DNA of 64,000 nt from Flavobacteriales bacterium (GCA_040377305.1 JBEIPA010000028.1:1-64000), one strand, 5' to 3'. Shown: positions 1 to 9,845, counted from the first letter of the stretch. Notes: generated by a model not told the origin, from the sequence alone. Translations and numbers: made by a program.

Positions 1-723
1 ACGGTAGATGTAACGTTGTCCGTTCCGTTTGCTCATGATCAATTCCCCATCCGACATCAGGAAAACATCGGCAGTATTGAAATCCGTCTGTGCTGAAAAT
101 TCACTGAGCACCACCGTTTCTTGCTCGTCGCCGAAAACGAATTGAACAACTTTTTTTACCGTCCGTGTTTTTTTGATAAAAGTTCCATCAGCAGTCCTGA
201 TCATTACAGGCGCCGTGACTCGGAATTTGATATCATCATAGTAATACGGTGCCGGAAAAAATCCCGCGCAATTTTTATCATCAGGGGTATAAAGATGGAT
301 GCCCGCCCCAGCGCGGAATGACGCGTTGCTGTAATATTCCTCCAACGATTTTACCTGTAGCGAGTAGATGTCTATTACATCCATGCCGACATCCGAAATA
401 TTATTGTCGGAAAAGTTTTCCTGGTAAGCAATGATCAGTCCTGTTTGTCCGTCAGGGTAGATGCTGCCGATCGGCCTGTTCTGGAGCCCATGTGTCTTCG
501 GTGTGAGCAACTGAAATTCCTGACCATCGAACCGGCAAAGTCCGTAAGGCGTCCCGATCCAGATAAATCCAAGCTGATCCTGATTAATGCAGGTTACTTT
601 ATTGCCAGGCAGTCCGTCGGTGTATGTGTAAAGCCGTTTCTGAATAATGTAATCCTGGTCTCCTCCAAAAACGAATGATGGAAGGAGCAGAAACAGAATG
701 ATGAAACAGGAAAGTGGTCTCAA
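1..723 (-). CDS. Two-component regulator-propeller (Reg_prop) sensor protein, 5' part; runs off the window edge
   Basis: Manually translated, not in the ORF track. TTG at 723, open to base 1: MRPLSCFIILFLLLPSFVFGG..YTYTDGLPGNKVTCINQDQLGFIWIGTPYGLCRFDG. Signal peptide plus the DGLP.N.V..I.QD..GFIWIGT propeller repeat. Confidence 0.85.
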   Translation of the reverse strand, partial: MRPLSCFIILFLLLPSFVFGGDQDYIIQKRLYTYTDGLPGNKVTCINQDQLGFIWIGTPYGLCRFDGQEFQLLTPKTHGLQNRPIGSIYPDGQTGLIIAYQENFSDNNISDVGMDVIDIYSLQVKSLEEYYSNASFRAGAGIHLYTPDDKNCAGFFPAPYYYDDIKFRVTAPVMIRTADGTFIKKTRTVKKVVQFVFGDEQETVVLSEFSAQTDFNTADVFLMSDGELIMSKRNGQRYIYR

Positions 724-845
724 GCAGCGGAAAATATTGATAAAGATACAGCAGGAGCTTCAATCGGGAAGTTTCAGGGGTGAATGGCGGAAGTTTGTGG
801 TTGGAGCGATTCGGACAATATTTTGACTCCTGTTTTGAAAAAGAA

Positions 846-872
846 AAATGCGCATGGCTTCCATGCGCATTT
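846..872. terminator. Hairpin, terminator-like
   Basis: 12-bp perfect inverted repeat aaatgcgcatgg / ccatgcgcattt with an A-rich left flank (U-tract on the minus strand). Confidence 0.6.
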
Positions 873-942
873 GATGTGTCCCAGGAGAGAGAAGAACCGT
901 TAAGAAAAGCTTTCGCTTGAGTGAAGCCAAATCTCTGCGGCA

Positions 943-1026
943 ATAAAATAGAAAAGTCTCTCAGAAATGAGAGACTTTCTTTGTAGCCTCGACGGGACGA
1001 ATATCGAACTTATTCCTTTTGGATTT
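943..1026. repeat. att-like scar A (terminator hairpin + gtag core + cgaatatcgaac)
   Basis: 84-bp ungapped alignment to 16764-16847, with conserved blocks ataaaa(t/c)agaaaagtctc, gagactttctttgtag, cgaatatcgaac and ggattt. Confidence 0.8.
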
Positions 1027-1060
1027 AGCGAAAATATAATGTACCAACTGCCAATCCGAC

Positions 1061-1204
1061 TCACCCGTCTGACTTAGGTGGGGATGGTGGGGGTGGTGGT
1101 GGGGGACTTTCATATTTTGGTAGGCTAAGCCCCTTGCCTCCACTGTGCTCCGGCTGCGGAACTTGTGGAGTCTGCGGTGGTGTTTTAGGATGATCGTTGT
1201 TCAT
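1061..1204 (-). CDS. 47-aa proline-rich micropeptide MNNDHPKTPPQTPQVPQPEHSGGKGLSLPKYESPPPPPPPSPPKSDG
   Basis: Manual translation ATG 1204 to TGA 1061. Shares PKYxxPPPPP with the neighbouring peptide and starts 11 nt after its stop. Confidence 0.65.
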   Translation of the reverse strand: MNNDHPKTPPQTPQVPQPEHSGGKGLSLPKYESPPPPPPPSPPKSDG

Positions 1205-1215
1205 GGCTATGGATT

Positions 1216-1329
1216 TTATTTTGGTTTTTTAGGTGGAGGCGGTGGATTTACATATTTAGGCATCGTCGAAAGTTTGGACTTCCTAGCCGGTGCTTGCTTT
1301 GTTGATCGCTTAGCTTTTTTCATTTGCAT
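1216..1329 (-). CDS. 37-aa basic proline-rich micropeptide MQMKKAKRSTKQAPARKSKLSTMPKYVNPPPPPKKPK
   Basis: Manual translation. The ATG overlaps the upstream stop (TGATG), suggesting translational coupling. Carries the PKYxxPPPPP motif. Confidence 0.65.
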   Translation of the reverse strand: MQMKKAKRSTKQAPARKSKLSTMPKYVNPPPPPKKPK

Positions 1330-1820
1330 CAAGTATTAAATACGCGTCGAAAGTAATCATCAGAGTGCTGTTTTGCTGTCAAAACGATTTTCCTCGGCTT
1401 GTAACGAATGGTCTCATTTATCAAAGTCGTTAATTCCAGTTCTTCGTTGCGATACTTATAAAACGCTTTTGAGACTTCCGCATTAGAGAGCACATTATTT
1501 TCCATATCTATCCACAGCTTTTCGAGTTTTGAGTACTGCCCTGTATAGAATTTTTCAATCTTATCAATATTGGCGATCATCTTTTCATCCATAACAATGT
1601 GAGATTGAAATAAGCGAACAATGGAGATTGCTGAAATAATTATGCACGCGACAAAAGAACTTTTATCCCAACAGTACCATCCGAAAATTCCAGAAGTCGA
1701 AAAAAGTAAAATACCAAAGTTGACCATTCTTAGAACGAATCTTTGCCTTTCTGAGTATAGAGCACAAAACTCTACGTGATGTTTAACTTGAGTCAATTCG
1801 CTCCAGAGAATTTCGCGCAT
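1329..1820 (-). CDS. SLATT-like two-TM membrane protein
   Basis: Probable start MREILW. N-terminal helix, two adjacent hydrophobic segments (VNFGILLFSTSGIFGW; FVACIIISAISIV) and a helical tail with Y..LE.LW, which is the SLATT-type layout. Confidence 0.6.
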   Translation of the reverse strand: MREILWSELTQVKHHVEFCALYSERQRFVLRMVNFGILLFSTSGIFGWYCWDKSSFVACIIISAISIVRLFQSHIVMDEKMIANIDKIEKFYTGQYSKLEKLWIDMENNVLSNAEVSKAFYKYRNEELELTTLINETIRYKPRKIVLTAKQHSDDYFRRVFNT

Positions 1821-1920
1821 TTTAAAAAATATCAGCGGTTCAATATGTGGTTTTTCATTCAATTACTATATCCTCATCGATGTTTGATAGAAAGATAGTA
1901 AAAGTGAGTAATTTCATCAA

Positions 1921-2460
1921 ATGTCAGAATTTGGGAACGCGTTTCTCGAATCCGAGTGGTTTCGTGGCTTCGTTGCGGGGGCTTTTGCCACAGTGTTTGG
2001 CTTTCTTCTCACTGTCCTTTGGGAGGTAATAAAAAGTAACCGAGATTCTAAACAAAAGGACAAGGCTATACTTCTGGCCATTGAACAGGATTTAATTGCA
2101 GGAGCAGAATTAGCGACAAGAAATATTAAACTACTCAATCAGGAATTGGTAGGACTAGAAACTGGTCTAACCTTAACTATTGCACTTGAACGGTTTTATA
2201 GTGGTTTCTGGGACTTGGTCAAAGTGAATGTTCCAAAGCAAATCCTTAATTCGGAAAATGGACTACGAAATTTAAGAGGTATAGCGGCGTTTATGTCCGA
2301 AGCAAATGCCACTATTGATTCACGAGAACAATATAAAATCACGAATTATAACGTGCATAATTATCACGAGCGGTTAAAGGACTACAATACAAAACTGGTT
2401 GGCGGTTTAATGTTGCTTATTGATGACATCGACACTGCTCTAAAATGCATTATGAAGTAG
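1921..2460 (+). CDS. Hypothetical protein, one N-terminal TM plus helical domain
   Basis: 179-aa ORF with GFVAGAFATVFGFLLTVLW followed by a charged helical region. Confidence 0.75.
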   Translation: MSEFGNAFLESEWFRGFVAGAFATVFGFLLTVLWEVIKSNRDSKQKDKAILLAIEQDLIAGAELATRNIKLLNQELVGLETGLTLTIALERFYSGFWDLVKVNVPKQILNSENGLRNLRGIAAFMSEANATIDSREQYKITNYNVHNYHERLKDYNTKLVGGLMLLIDDIDTALKCIMK

Positions 2461-2498
2461 CTAATCGGTTCTACGATTTGAATGGATCTAAGCCCACT

Positions 2499-2533
2499 TT
2501 CTGCCTGTGTTACGCAAAGCAGCACAGGCAGAA
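2499..2533. terminator. Hairpin between convergent genes
   Basis: 11-bp inverted repeat ttctgcctgtg / cacaggcagaa. Confidence 0.55.
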
Positions 2534-2565
2534 TATTAGGCAATCGAGAACGGTTATTATAAGGC

Positions 2566-4122
2566 TCATCTCTGTACGATAATTTTTTCAGCAATGAAAC
2601 TTTCTCCAGCATGAACATTTACGATATATAGACCATTTAGGTACAATGACAGGTCAATTTGAGAATCTATACTTGTTGTTGAAGTGATCGTTTCTTGATA
2701 AACCATTTGTCCAAAAACATCGAACACTTCGATATTTACATCTTGTGCTTCACTTAGCTGCCCGACAATTGTAACTATTCCCTCCGTTGGATTCGGATAC
2801 AACTGGAAGAATGAAGCGCGAAGATCAATGTTATGTATTGAAACTGAAGCGCAGTTTATCTCTCTCTGAAATTGTGTTGCGCGTATGATTGGATTGGTCG
2901 CCTGAACTGTAACTAGAGAATCGGTACCGGGTATAAGCGGCATCGTCGAATAGTTCCATTGTATATTCAATGGATACATACTGAGGGGTATTTCGTTACA
3001 ACCCGAATATCCATTCGAGTCAAAGCGAGAAATAATCACATTCGTTAGACCGCCACCATAGGAAGCAGTTGAACCTGTTAGTATGATTTCGCCTGTATTA
3101 GTAATGTCAAGAGCGTTTGGCCAATCATTCATACTTCCGGTTATCATTCGTGACCATAACCATGTTCCATTTGGGTCGATTCGAGTAAGTTCAATTTTAT
3201 TGATTGATGGTCCAATAAGTGTTATGGCAGAATAAGTTAAATTTCCGAGGGTATCTTCCATCAGCCCCTTAGTCAAAAACTCATTACCTACGCTGGTGTT
3301 CGAAAATGATTTGCACCAAACCGTATCGCCTACAGCATCTAATTTTAGTAGAATTGCTCTAGAGTTAGGAGCTTGAATACTGGATATAAGAACAACAAAA
3401 CCTGAATCGCGGGTTTGAATTAAGTCGCTACAGATATTAATTCCAGATCCATCATACAGCCTTTGCCAAATGATTGTTCCAGTAGAATCAACTTTGTAAA
3501 CAAGAATGTCGTTAGAACTACTGGTGGCGGCTATGACGAAGTTTCGGTCGTCGGTTTCAATAAACTCGATTGTCTCGGTCAGATATTGACTACTGAGTGA
3601 GTTGTTAAATTGCCATAACGTATTTCCGGCAGAATCTAGTTTGATAATACCAAACCCATAAAGTGACGTATAACTAAAGACTAATCCACAATCAGAGGAT
3701 TCATGTATCTCATAGTTCGCATATATCGGAAAAAACTTGCGAATCCATGTAAGTGTACCCACGGAGTCAAACTTTATCACCTCAGTAGCAAATGGTAAAG
3801 TATCGTAAACTGTCGTAATGCAAACAACTCCACCATCATGAGTTGCTGCAATTCCGGTTAACCATTCATCCTCGTAAGGTTCTCCTAAATATTTAGTCCA
3901 CAAAGTGTCTCCTAATGAATCGAACTTCATCACGAAAAAATCACGCCATTGAGGATCATAAAAATTTGAACGACCGCCAACATAGTATGAATTGTTTCTA
4001 GAGATTGAAATATAAGCTCCTTCTTCAGAACTATCCGTGGAATAAACTTTCTGATAGGTGTTCTGAGTATATATGCAGGTGTGAAGAGAAATCAATAAGA
4101 AAACAAAAACGCCCTTGATCAT
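2566..4122 (-). CDS. T9SS type-A sorting domain protein with beta-propeller repeats
   Basis: Signal peptide, repeated K.DS.G...W motifs, C-terminal LYPNP...GLYIV...KIIV. Confidence 0.9.
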   Translation of the reverse strand: MIKGVFVFLLISLHTCIYTQNTYQKVYSTDSSEEGAYISISRNNSYYVGGRSNFYDPQWRDFFVMKFDSLGDTLWTKYLGEPYEDEWLTGIAATHDGGVVCITTVYDTLPFATEVIKFDSVGTLTWIRKFFPIYANYEIHESSDCGLVFSYTSLYGFGIIKLDSAGNTLWQFNNSLSSQYLTETIEFIETDDRNFVIAATSSSNDILVYKVDSTGTIIWQRLYDGSGINICSDLIQTRDSGFVVLISSIQAPNSRAILLKLDAVGDTVWCKSFSNTSVGNEFLTKGLMEDTLGNLTYSAITLIGPSINKIELTRIDPNGTWLWSRMITGSMNDWPNALDITNTGEIILTGSTASYGGGLTNVIISRFDSNGYSGCNEIPLSMYPLNIQWNYSTMPLIPGTDSLVTVQATNPIIRATQFQREINCASVSIHNIDLRASFFQLYPNPTEGIVTIVGQLSEAQDVNIEVFDVFGQMVYQETITSTTSIDSQIDLSLYLNGLYIVNVHAGESFIAEKIIVQR

Positions 4123-4137
4123 AAGTCTTCTATTTCA

Positions 4138-5301
4138 CTATTCACCCTTAATCACACAAACCTTCTTGCAGATTTGCTCGCCATTAGGTCGGGTCAATAC
4201 TGCAACATACAATGCCTGACCTTCCGTCATAAATCTGAAATCATTTTGATAATCATCACTGGCATACACCAATCGTCCGCGAACATCATAAATATCCAAT
4301 TGCGAATTAGATTCGAGTCCAGAGATGAAAAATTCGTTCGTAGCTATAACCGCGGTAGGAATAAATATAGAAGCAGCACTGTGACAGTCACGGTTAACGG
4401 TTACGTTTACTGTATCATAAATTACTGCGTCACATTCCGTTTGCTTTAGAATGTATTGAATCGTAGTATCAGGAGAAGCAATGGGATTTGAAATATTTGG
4501 ATTGCTTAGCCCGTCTGCTGGTAACCATTCGTAAAGAACATTTGTCCTCGGTGCAGTTCCTAATTGAATACTATCCATATAACAAATTGAAATATCACTT
4601 CCGGCATTGCATTCTGCGAGTTCATATACCGCCACATCATCTATATAAAAATAGGCTAGCATATCATTGTTAAAAGGGAAAGCGATAGTGTCAGTCTGGT
4701 CGTCGGCATAGAAATTTCCGATTGTTATATAAGATTCATAACCATTGGCTAGGTAGACACCGTTAATTCTTACCCAGTTCATAGTGTCCGTGAACACGGC
4801 ATTAGAGTCAAATGAAATTTGGGGAATTACTGAAAGAGTATCAATTGCGATAAGATCCACGACGGGTAAATTGGAAATATGAAGGCCCAATCGGCTTATT
4901 GCCCAGTAAGAGCTGTCGGATAAAGAAGCATAAAATTCGACGCAATATATTCTGCCGACGACAAGCGGTTGAAGAAGCTGAACTTCGAGATATTGCCGCC
5001 GATTATCAGTGCCATTGTATGTATAGCCATAAGAGCCAACAGCAGCATAACCGTTTCCGGTTTTTGGGGCTTGTGTACCCATCCAGTTCTGCGGCACACT
5101 ACTTGTGAAAGATGAACTACATTCATTATATAAATCGGGAGTATCAGGATTGCCGCCAAACCACGGCGCGGCAAATGAAATTTGATCGGGAGTACTAGGA
5201 CAACTATCAATGATTTCAAAGCTCGGATTGGGCACAAGGTTGACCTGACACTGTGCGAGCGTCCCAATCATTAGAAAAGCGACCAAAATCAGCCTATTCA
5301 C
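4138..5301 (-). CDS. T9SS cargo with NLVPNPSFE carbohydrate-binding-like domain
   Basis: NLVPNPSFE..PDLY..YFYIDDV domain and CTD (IYDVRGRLVY). Start moved to GTG 5301 because the ORF-track start lies in a hairpin and TATCTTTG sits at 5314-5307. Confidence 0.85.
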   Translation of the reverse strand: MNRLILVAFLMIGTLAQCQVNLVPNPSFEIIDSCPSTPDQISFAAPWFGGNPDTPDLYNECSSSFTSSVPQNWMGTQAPKTGNGYAAVGSYGYTYNGTDNRRQYLEVQLLQPLVVGRIYCVEFYASLSDSSYWAISRLGLHISNLPVVDLIAIDTLSVIPQISFDSNAVFTDTMNWVRINGVYLANGYESYITIGNFYADDQTDTIAFPFNNDMLAYFYIDDVAVYELAECNAGSDISICYMDSIQLGTAPRTNVLYEWLPADGLSNPNISNPIASPDTTIQYILKQTECDAVIYDTVNVTVNRDCHSAASIFIPTAVIATNEFFISGLESNSQLDIYDVRGRLVYASDDYQNDFRFMTEGQALYVAVLTRPNGEQICKKVCVIKGE

Positions 5302-5315
5302 CTTGTCAAAGATAA

Positions 5316-5351
5316 GGAAACCCACCCCGCCGCATGTTGGGGTGGGTTTCC
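5316..5351 (-). terminator. Stem-loop downstream of the large T9SS gene
   Basis: 13-bp perfect inverted repeat ggaaacccacccc / ggggtgggtttcc. Confidence 0.65.
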
Positions 5352-5357
5352 AGTTAT

Positions 5358-8300
5358 TTACTCACGAATGATTACTAAACGATCAGACTTCAGCATTTCA
5401 CCTTGTGAACGAATACAATAGATATACGTTCCGGTTGGTAAATATGATGCGTCAAAAGTGTAAAGACCCTGACCACCTACAAACTTCCAAGTACCAACCA
5501 ATCGACCTGTAAGATCAATCAGTTCAAAAGTCCCCGTTTGTCCGTCAGCAATTTCCAGCTTGATTGAGACTGAACCATTCGACGGGTTCGGGAATGCAGG
5601 TGAGATTGAAGGAGCGTCAGCAAACGGTGTTGAGTATTGTTGCATCCTCACGGAACTACTGTCGTGCACCTCCAACATCATCATGTTCCGAGCATCGAAC
5701 ACTGCCGTTCCTCCCGTGAGCATTCCCTGATTGATAATAGCAGTGAGAATCGCTTTTTGAGTTGAGTCAAGATTCATGCTATCAATTGCCCACGTGTGCA
5801 GATACACATCCAAGACAGCTTTGCGATTTGTTTCATATTGTCCTGATGGAGTAATTGAATTGAGCAAGGTAATTGCTCCGTTCACCTGCCCGCTAGAAAT
5901 AGAATCTTCAACATCGGCAAACTTTCCAATGTTCGTGGAAGATGGTGTAGTGTAGAACCCTGAATAGTATGAATCGTCAGCAGTGCCCAATGATTTCCAC
6001 GAAGGATTTTGACGCAGCATCCTGTACGCAAAAACCTTGTCGTGATACTGAAACTGAGAATTCAGAGTATCATAAGTACGCGGCGTTTTGCAAATTCCTG
6101 CAAGACTGTAATTGCGGATTCCCTCTTGAGTCTGTGCAGGAGGTGCAAGCATGAATGTGCAACGATCACCATTTCCCGTATATACAGTAGCATTGTTAAA
6201 CAGACTATTGAAGAACATTGAACTTACATCAGGGTTATACGTAGTATAGTACCATTTAATTCCATTACCACTTACAGGCAGTATTCTGCCCGTAATGTCC
6301 TCTCCTCCCGCTGCTGTACTCCATGCGTTGCCCGTTGAATACGGTGTTCCTGCGGATGTCCAGGCAATCTGGTCATTAATTGATACACCTACGCCGTAGC
6401 CGTTCAGATAATTGAAGTTAACTCCAAACCAACACGTCGTCATGTTGTTACACGCGAGAATACAAGGGTTGTTCGTACCTTTTAAGAATACCCCACTGCC
6501 CATTCTCTGCACTGTATTCTTTGTAACCGTGTCATTCTTACAATTCGTCATGTGAATACCAAAAATCTCGTCATGCACCGCTTGCGTAGGTGAAGATTGC
6601 ATAGAAACACCATTCTGACGAATCATCGAGTTCGTAACTTCTTCGAGCTTAATTCCAATGCAAGGAACAAGCTGCGACATCGGTTGACCTGTCATAAAGT
6701 TGATCGGCGTGTTGTCTGTAATCTTGCACTTGTCTACACGACTCACCCAAATTCCATTTCTCATTTTCTTAATGGAATTATACTGGATAAACAGGTTAAC
6801 AGGTGTCAGTGCAGCTTGAACAACATAGATACCCGTATTTCCGAAATTACCCGGTACGTAGTTCTGCGAATTGTTAATCGAGTTGTATGTTATTCTAATC
6901 GTTGACGAGGTAGACTGAATACACTGAATATTTGTTCCTGTGCATTCCGTAAGTGTGTCTGCATTAATTAGAATAGTCCGGCTCTGGCAGTTCATCGTCG
7001 TTATTCCCGCAGTTTGACATGTATCAAAGCGATTGTATTCACAATTCAGGTTAACGTAGTTGTAGGCGTAAACACCGTAGTTGCATTTTGTGAATTTGTT
7101 TTTCGCTTTGTAGTTACCTACGCGTCCAACGGTTCCAGTTTTCGGTGTGAATTTACCTGCTGACATAAATACAGCAACTCCATTTGGAGGAAGGTTCTTA
7201 TTCAGAATCGTAGTGGTGAAATACTTGAAGTCATTGTTCCAAACTTTAACGTTGGAGCCTTTCGAGTAAACCCCGAACTGCGTACGTTCAAAGAGATTAC
7301 GATATGTGCTTGAGGTACTATCCCCTATGGTTACTGCATTGCAATCTTCAATGAATACTCCTGCTAAACCTTTACCGCTTACTGGTGCGCGACAAGTAGT
7401 CCCTGCGAACGTAATTCCTCCTGTTGATCCCGGTTGACCCGGTGCGTCACAAGCAAATATTGCATAGCGAATGACTCCGGGATGTGTTCCCGCATAAGCC
7501 TTGATATATACTCCGATATTATTCTTGTTGAACTTACAAGGTAAATTGGTTGTACCCCAGATAACGAACTTGCCACCGTTTGTAGAAACAATTGCATTCT
7601 TTGCGTCTTCAATAACAGTTCCGTTAAGAACGTTAACCAGTGAATTTGTATTTGTTCCGTCAACATAAATTCCATCCCACATATCAGAACACGCGTAGAG
7701 TTTTGTAGTTGTTGAACCACTGTTCGTCAACTCAAACACAATTCCGGGATTAACCACAATCTTAGCATTCGGTCCGAGTTTTACTTCACAGCCTTTCAAT
7801 CTTGTGTGCTTGTTGATTGTCCAGACACCGTTAACGGAGAATTGACCACCTACCGATTCGTAGTAGCCTGCATTGATGCTGAACAACGACGGGAAGCTGA
7901 CGCTATCGACATGACCAACGGTTTCATTGAGGATGTTTGCGTAGGAGCCTTCCTGACCTTCTTTGAAAGGACAACACGTGGGAACGTTGGTTAGAGCTGA
8001 ACCCTGACATCCATTCGCGTCAACGATTGATACGGAAACAACAACCGGAGAATTTAACGTGTCGTACGGATGACCGTTCCAGCAAGCTGAGAATGTTGCG
8101 CAGGAGGCACACGAACTACTGGTGGCACTTGTTGACCACAAGTAAGAAACTCCCGATGGAATTGTAGTAAATCCAAAACATCCACCACACATCGAAGCAC
8201 CTGGAGGTGAAACTATACTTACGGCTAGTGGTGTTACTGTAACCTTTACAGTGTCTTTCAACGTGCATCCAGTTGAGGAGTTGGTTACGGTGTATACATA

Positions 8301-9845
8301 AGACGTGGTGGAGGTAGGTGTAACAGTTGTGCTTGTGCATCCGGTACACAGTGTTGCACTATTAAGAATTGACCACGAAGTAGTAGTAAACGTTCCTGTA
8401 GCCGTTCCGGAAAGTGTTGCAGAACCTCCCAAACAAATGCTCTGATCTGCTCCAGCGGAAACTGTGAGAGGACTGGCAAGCCATGTCGGGGAAACAGTAG
8501 CCGTCGACGTACATCCATAAGTAGGCATGTAAGTGGAAACCGTATATGTTGCAGCGTAATTGATAGGCGACGTAACGTTTATTGTTGGACAACCTGCACC
8601 TGAACAGCTCCAGTTGGTTCCAACCGGTGCGCTCCACGTATAGGTACCATTGCTTAACGGTGAGTTAGCTGTGATGGAAACAGTATTTCCTGATTTACAC
8701 AGTGGATTAGGTAAATATGAAAAGGAGATCGGGTATTGTGGTTCAACAGTAAAATCGTCGATGTAATAATATGCTCCGAACTGCGGATATGTAACCGATG
8801 TATCAATTCCACTTGGTACAACAGAACTTCTTCCTTGCACCGCGTCAGCGTCAAAATTTCCGATTGTTGCCCAATACGTTCCGGTGACCGCAGGAGTATA
8901 GTTGCCCGTGATCTGCACCCATCCGTTTGTTGTGGTAATAATTGTTGGCGAGCTAATCTGTGGTGTAACGTTAATGATTGACGCCGGAAGAACAGGCAAA
9001 GGTTGAGTAGTGGAAAAATATACTCCGATGTGATTGACAGCAAAACCTGAATAATCTGACAAGCTCACCCAAAATGATACTTTGTAGGTAAGACCTGCCG
9101 TCATAGTTGTTCCTAACTGTGTCTGGACATACTCGCGAAAATCAGGGTCAGGGTAAAGTACATTCGGATTATGGTAGTACATGAAAGCACCAGTGTATGT
9201 AGAACCGCTATGTGAAGTTTCATTACCCCACGCGTTGGACGGAATGCTAACATGTGAACCAGAGGTTGAACTGGAATGGAAGTACTCAGGTGTACCTACT
9301 GGCTTCCAAAAGCAACATTTGTTATTTACCTGCGAAGGTCCTGTTGGAACACTACCCCAAGTATCAAAAGTGGGATTGCAAGCCAATTGACAAGTCGTTA
9401 TCGAACAGGCTCCGCAAGGTGGCGTTGCGCTTGCAGAAACAGATAGACAAGCATTGAACTGTATACTGGCAGTTGAAGTACGCGACACCTTCACCAGATA
9501 GTTGGTCGATGCACTTACCGCACTTTCAAGAATCAGCATACCATGATCATTTATACCCGTCTCAACCAAAGTCAATGTGCCGCAGCTACCAGTGTATAGC
9601 TTCACAGCACTCATTTGATTGGGCTGTCCTTCAGGACTTGTTACGTTCAGGTACATGGTGTGAGCGTTTGCTCCTGAATTGAACGAGAACCAAACAACCG
9701 TATCGGAAGTTGACACGCTATTGTTACAGCCATTAACCGTAAGCGCAATTGGAGATCCACACGTTTGAGCGTGGATGAACCCTGCGATGAGCAGGAAGAA
9801 AAGGAAGGCGGTTGCACGTTTAAACCGCGTGTGTGTTTTTTTCAT
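5358..9845 (-). CDS. 1495-aa T9SS-secreted protein (CBM-like, Ig-like and parallel beta-helix regions)
   Basis: Signal peptide, YYIDDF CBM-like domain, N-x-F/GI beta-helix repeats, CTD AFPNP...GTYIY...RLVII. Confidence 0.9.
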   Translation of the reverse strand: MKKTHTRFKRATAFLFFLLIAGFIHAQTCGSPIALTVNGCNNSVSTSDTVVWFSFNSGANAHTMYLNVTSPEGQPNQMSAVKLYTGSCGTLTLVETGINDHGMLILESAVSASTNYLVKVSRTSTASIQFNACLSVSASATPPCGACSITTCQLACNPTFDTWGSVPTGPSQVNNKCCFWKPVGTPEYFHSSSTSGSHVSIPSNAWGNETSHSGSTYTGAFMYYHNPNVLYPDPDFREYVQTQLGTTMTAGLTYKVSFWVSLSDYSGFAVNHIGVYFSTTQPLPVLPASIINVTPQISSPTIITTTNGWVQITGNYTPAVTGTYWATIGNFDADAVQGRSSVVPSGIDTSVTYPQFGAYYYIDDFTVEPQYPISFSYLPNPLCKSGNTVSITANSPLSNGTYTWSAPVGTNWSCSGAGCPTINVTSPINYAATYTVSTYMPTYGCTSTATVSPTWLASPLTVSAGADQSICLGGSATLSGTATGTFTTTSWSILNSATLCTGCTSTTVTPTSTTSYVYTVTNSSTGCTLKDTVKVTVTPLAVSIVSPPGASMCGGCFGFTTIPSGVSYLWSTSATSSSCASCATFSACWNGHPYDTLNSPVVVSVSIVDANGCQGSALTNVPTCCPFKEGQEGSYANILNETVGHVDSVSFPSLFSINAGYYESVGGQFSVNGVWTINKHTRLKGCEVKLGPNAKIVVNPGIVFELTNSGSTTTKLYACSDMWDGIYVDGTNTNSLVNVLNGTVIEDAKNAIVSTNGGKFVIWGTTNLPCKFNKNNIGVYIKAYAGTHPGVIRYAIFACDAPGQPGSTGGITFAGTTCRAPVSGKGLAGVFIEDCNAVTIGDSTSSTYRNLFERTQFGVYSKGSNVKVWNNDFKYFTTTILNKNLPPNGVAVFMSAGKFTPKTGTVGRVGNYKAKNKFTKCNYGVYAYNYVNLNCEYNRFDTCQTAGITTMNCQSRTILINADTLTECTGTNIQCIQSTSSTIRITYNSINNSQNYVPGNFGNTGIYVVQAALTPVNLFIQYNSIKKMRNGIWVSRVDKCKITDNTPINFMTGQPMSQLVPCIGIKLEEVTNSMIRQNGVSMQSSPTQAVHDEIFGIHMTNCKNDTVTKNTVQRMGSGVFLKGTNNPCILACNNMTTCWFGVNFNYLNGYGVGVSINDQIAWTSAGTPYSTGNAWSTAAGGEDITGRILPVSGNGIKWYYTTYNPDVSSMFFNSLFNNATVYTGNGDRCTFMLAPPAQTQEGIRNYSLAGICKTPRTYDTLNSQFQYHDKVFAYRMLRQNPSWKSLGTADDSYYSGFYTTPSSTNIGKFADVEDSISSGQVNGAITLLNSITPSGQYETNRKAVLDVYLHTWAIDSMNLDSTQKAILTAIINQGMLTGGTAVFDARNMMMLEVHDSSSVRMQQYSTPFADAPSISPAFPNPSNGSVSIKLEIADGQTGTFELIDLTGRLVGTWKFVGGQGLYTFDASYLPTGTYIYCIRSQGEMLKSDRLVIIRE

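Noticed and set aside
121-943. ORF-track ORFs 121-321, 249-434, 445-678 (+) and 599-943 (-)
   Set aside because: They are shadows or alternative frames of the real minus-strand propeller gene at 1-723.
983-1009. Functional tRNA gene at scar A
   Set aside because: Only a 3'-end/T-arm-like fragment is present; there is no D or anticodon arm.
961-1339. ORFs 961-1143 (His/Pro-rich) and 1145-1339 (Gly-rich)
   Set aside because: They are off-frame and antisense readings of the polyproline micropeptide codons.
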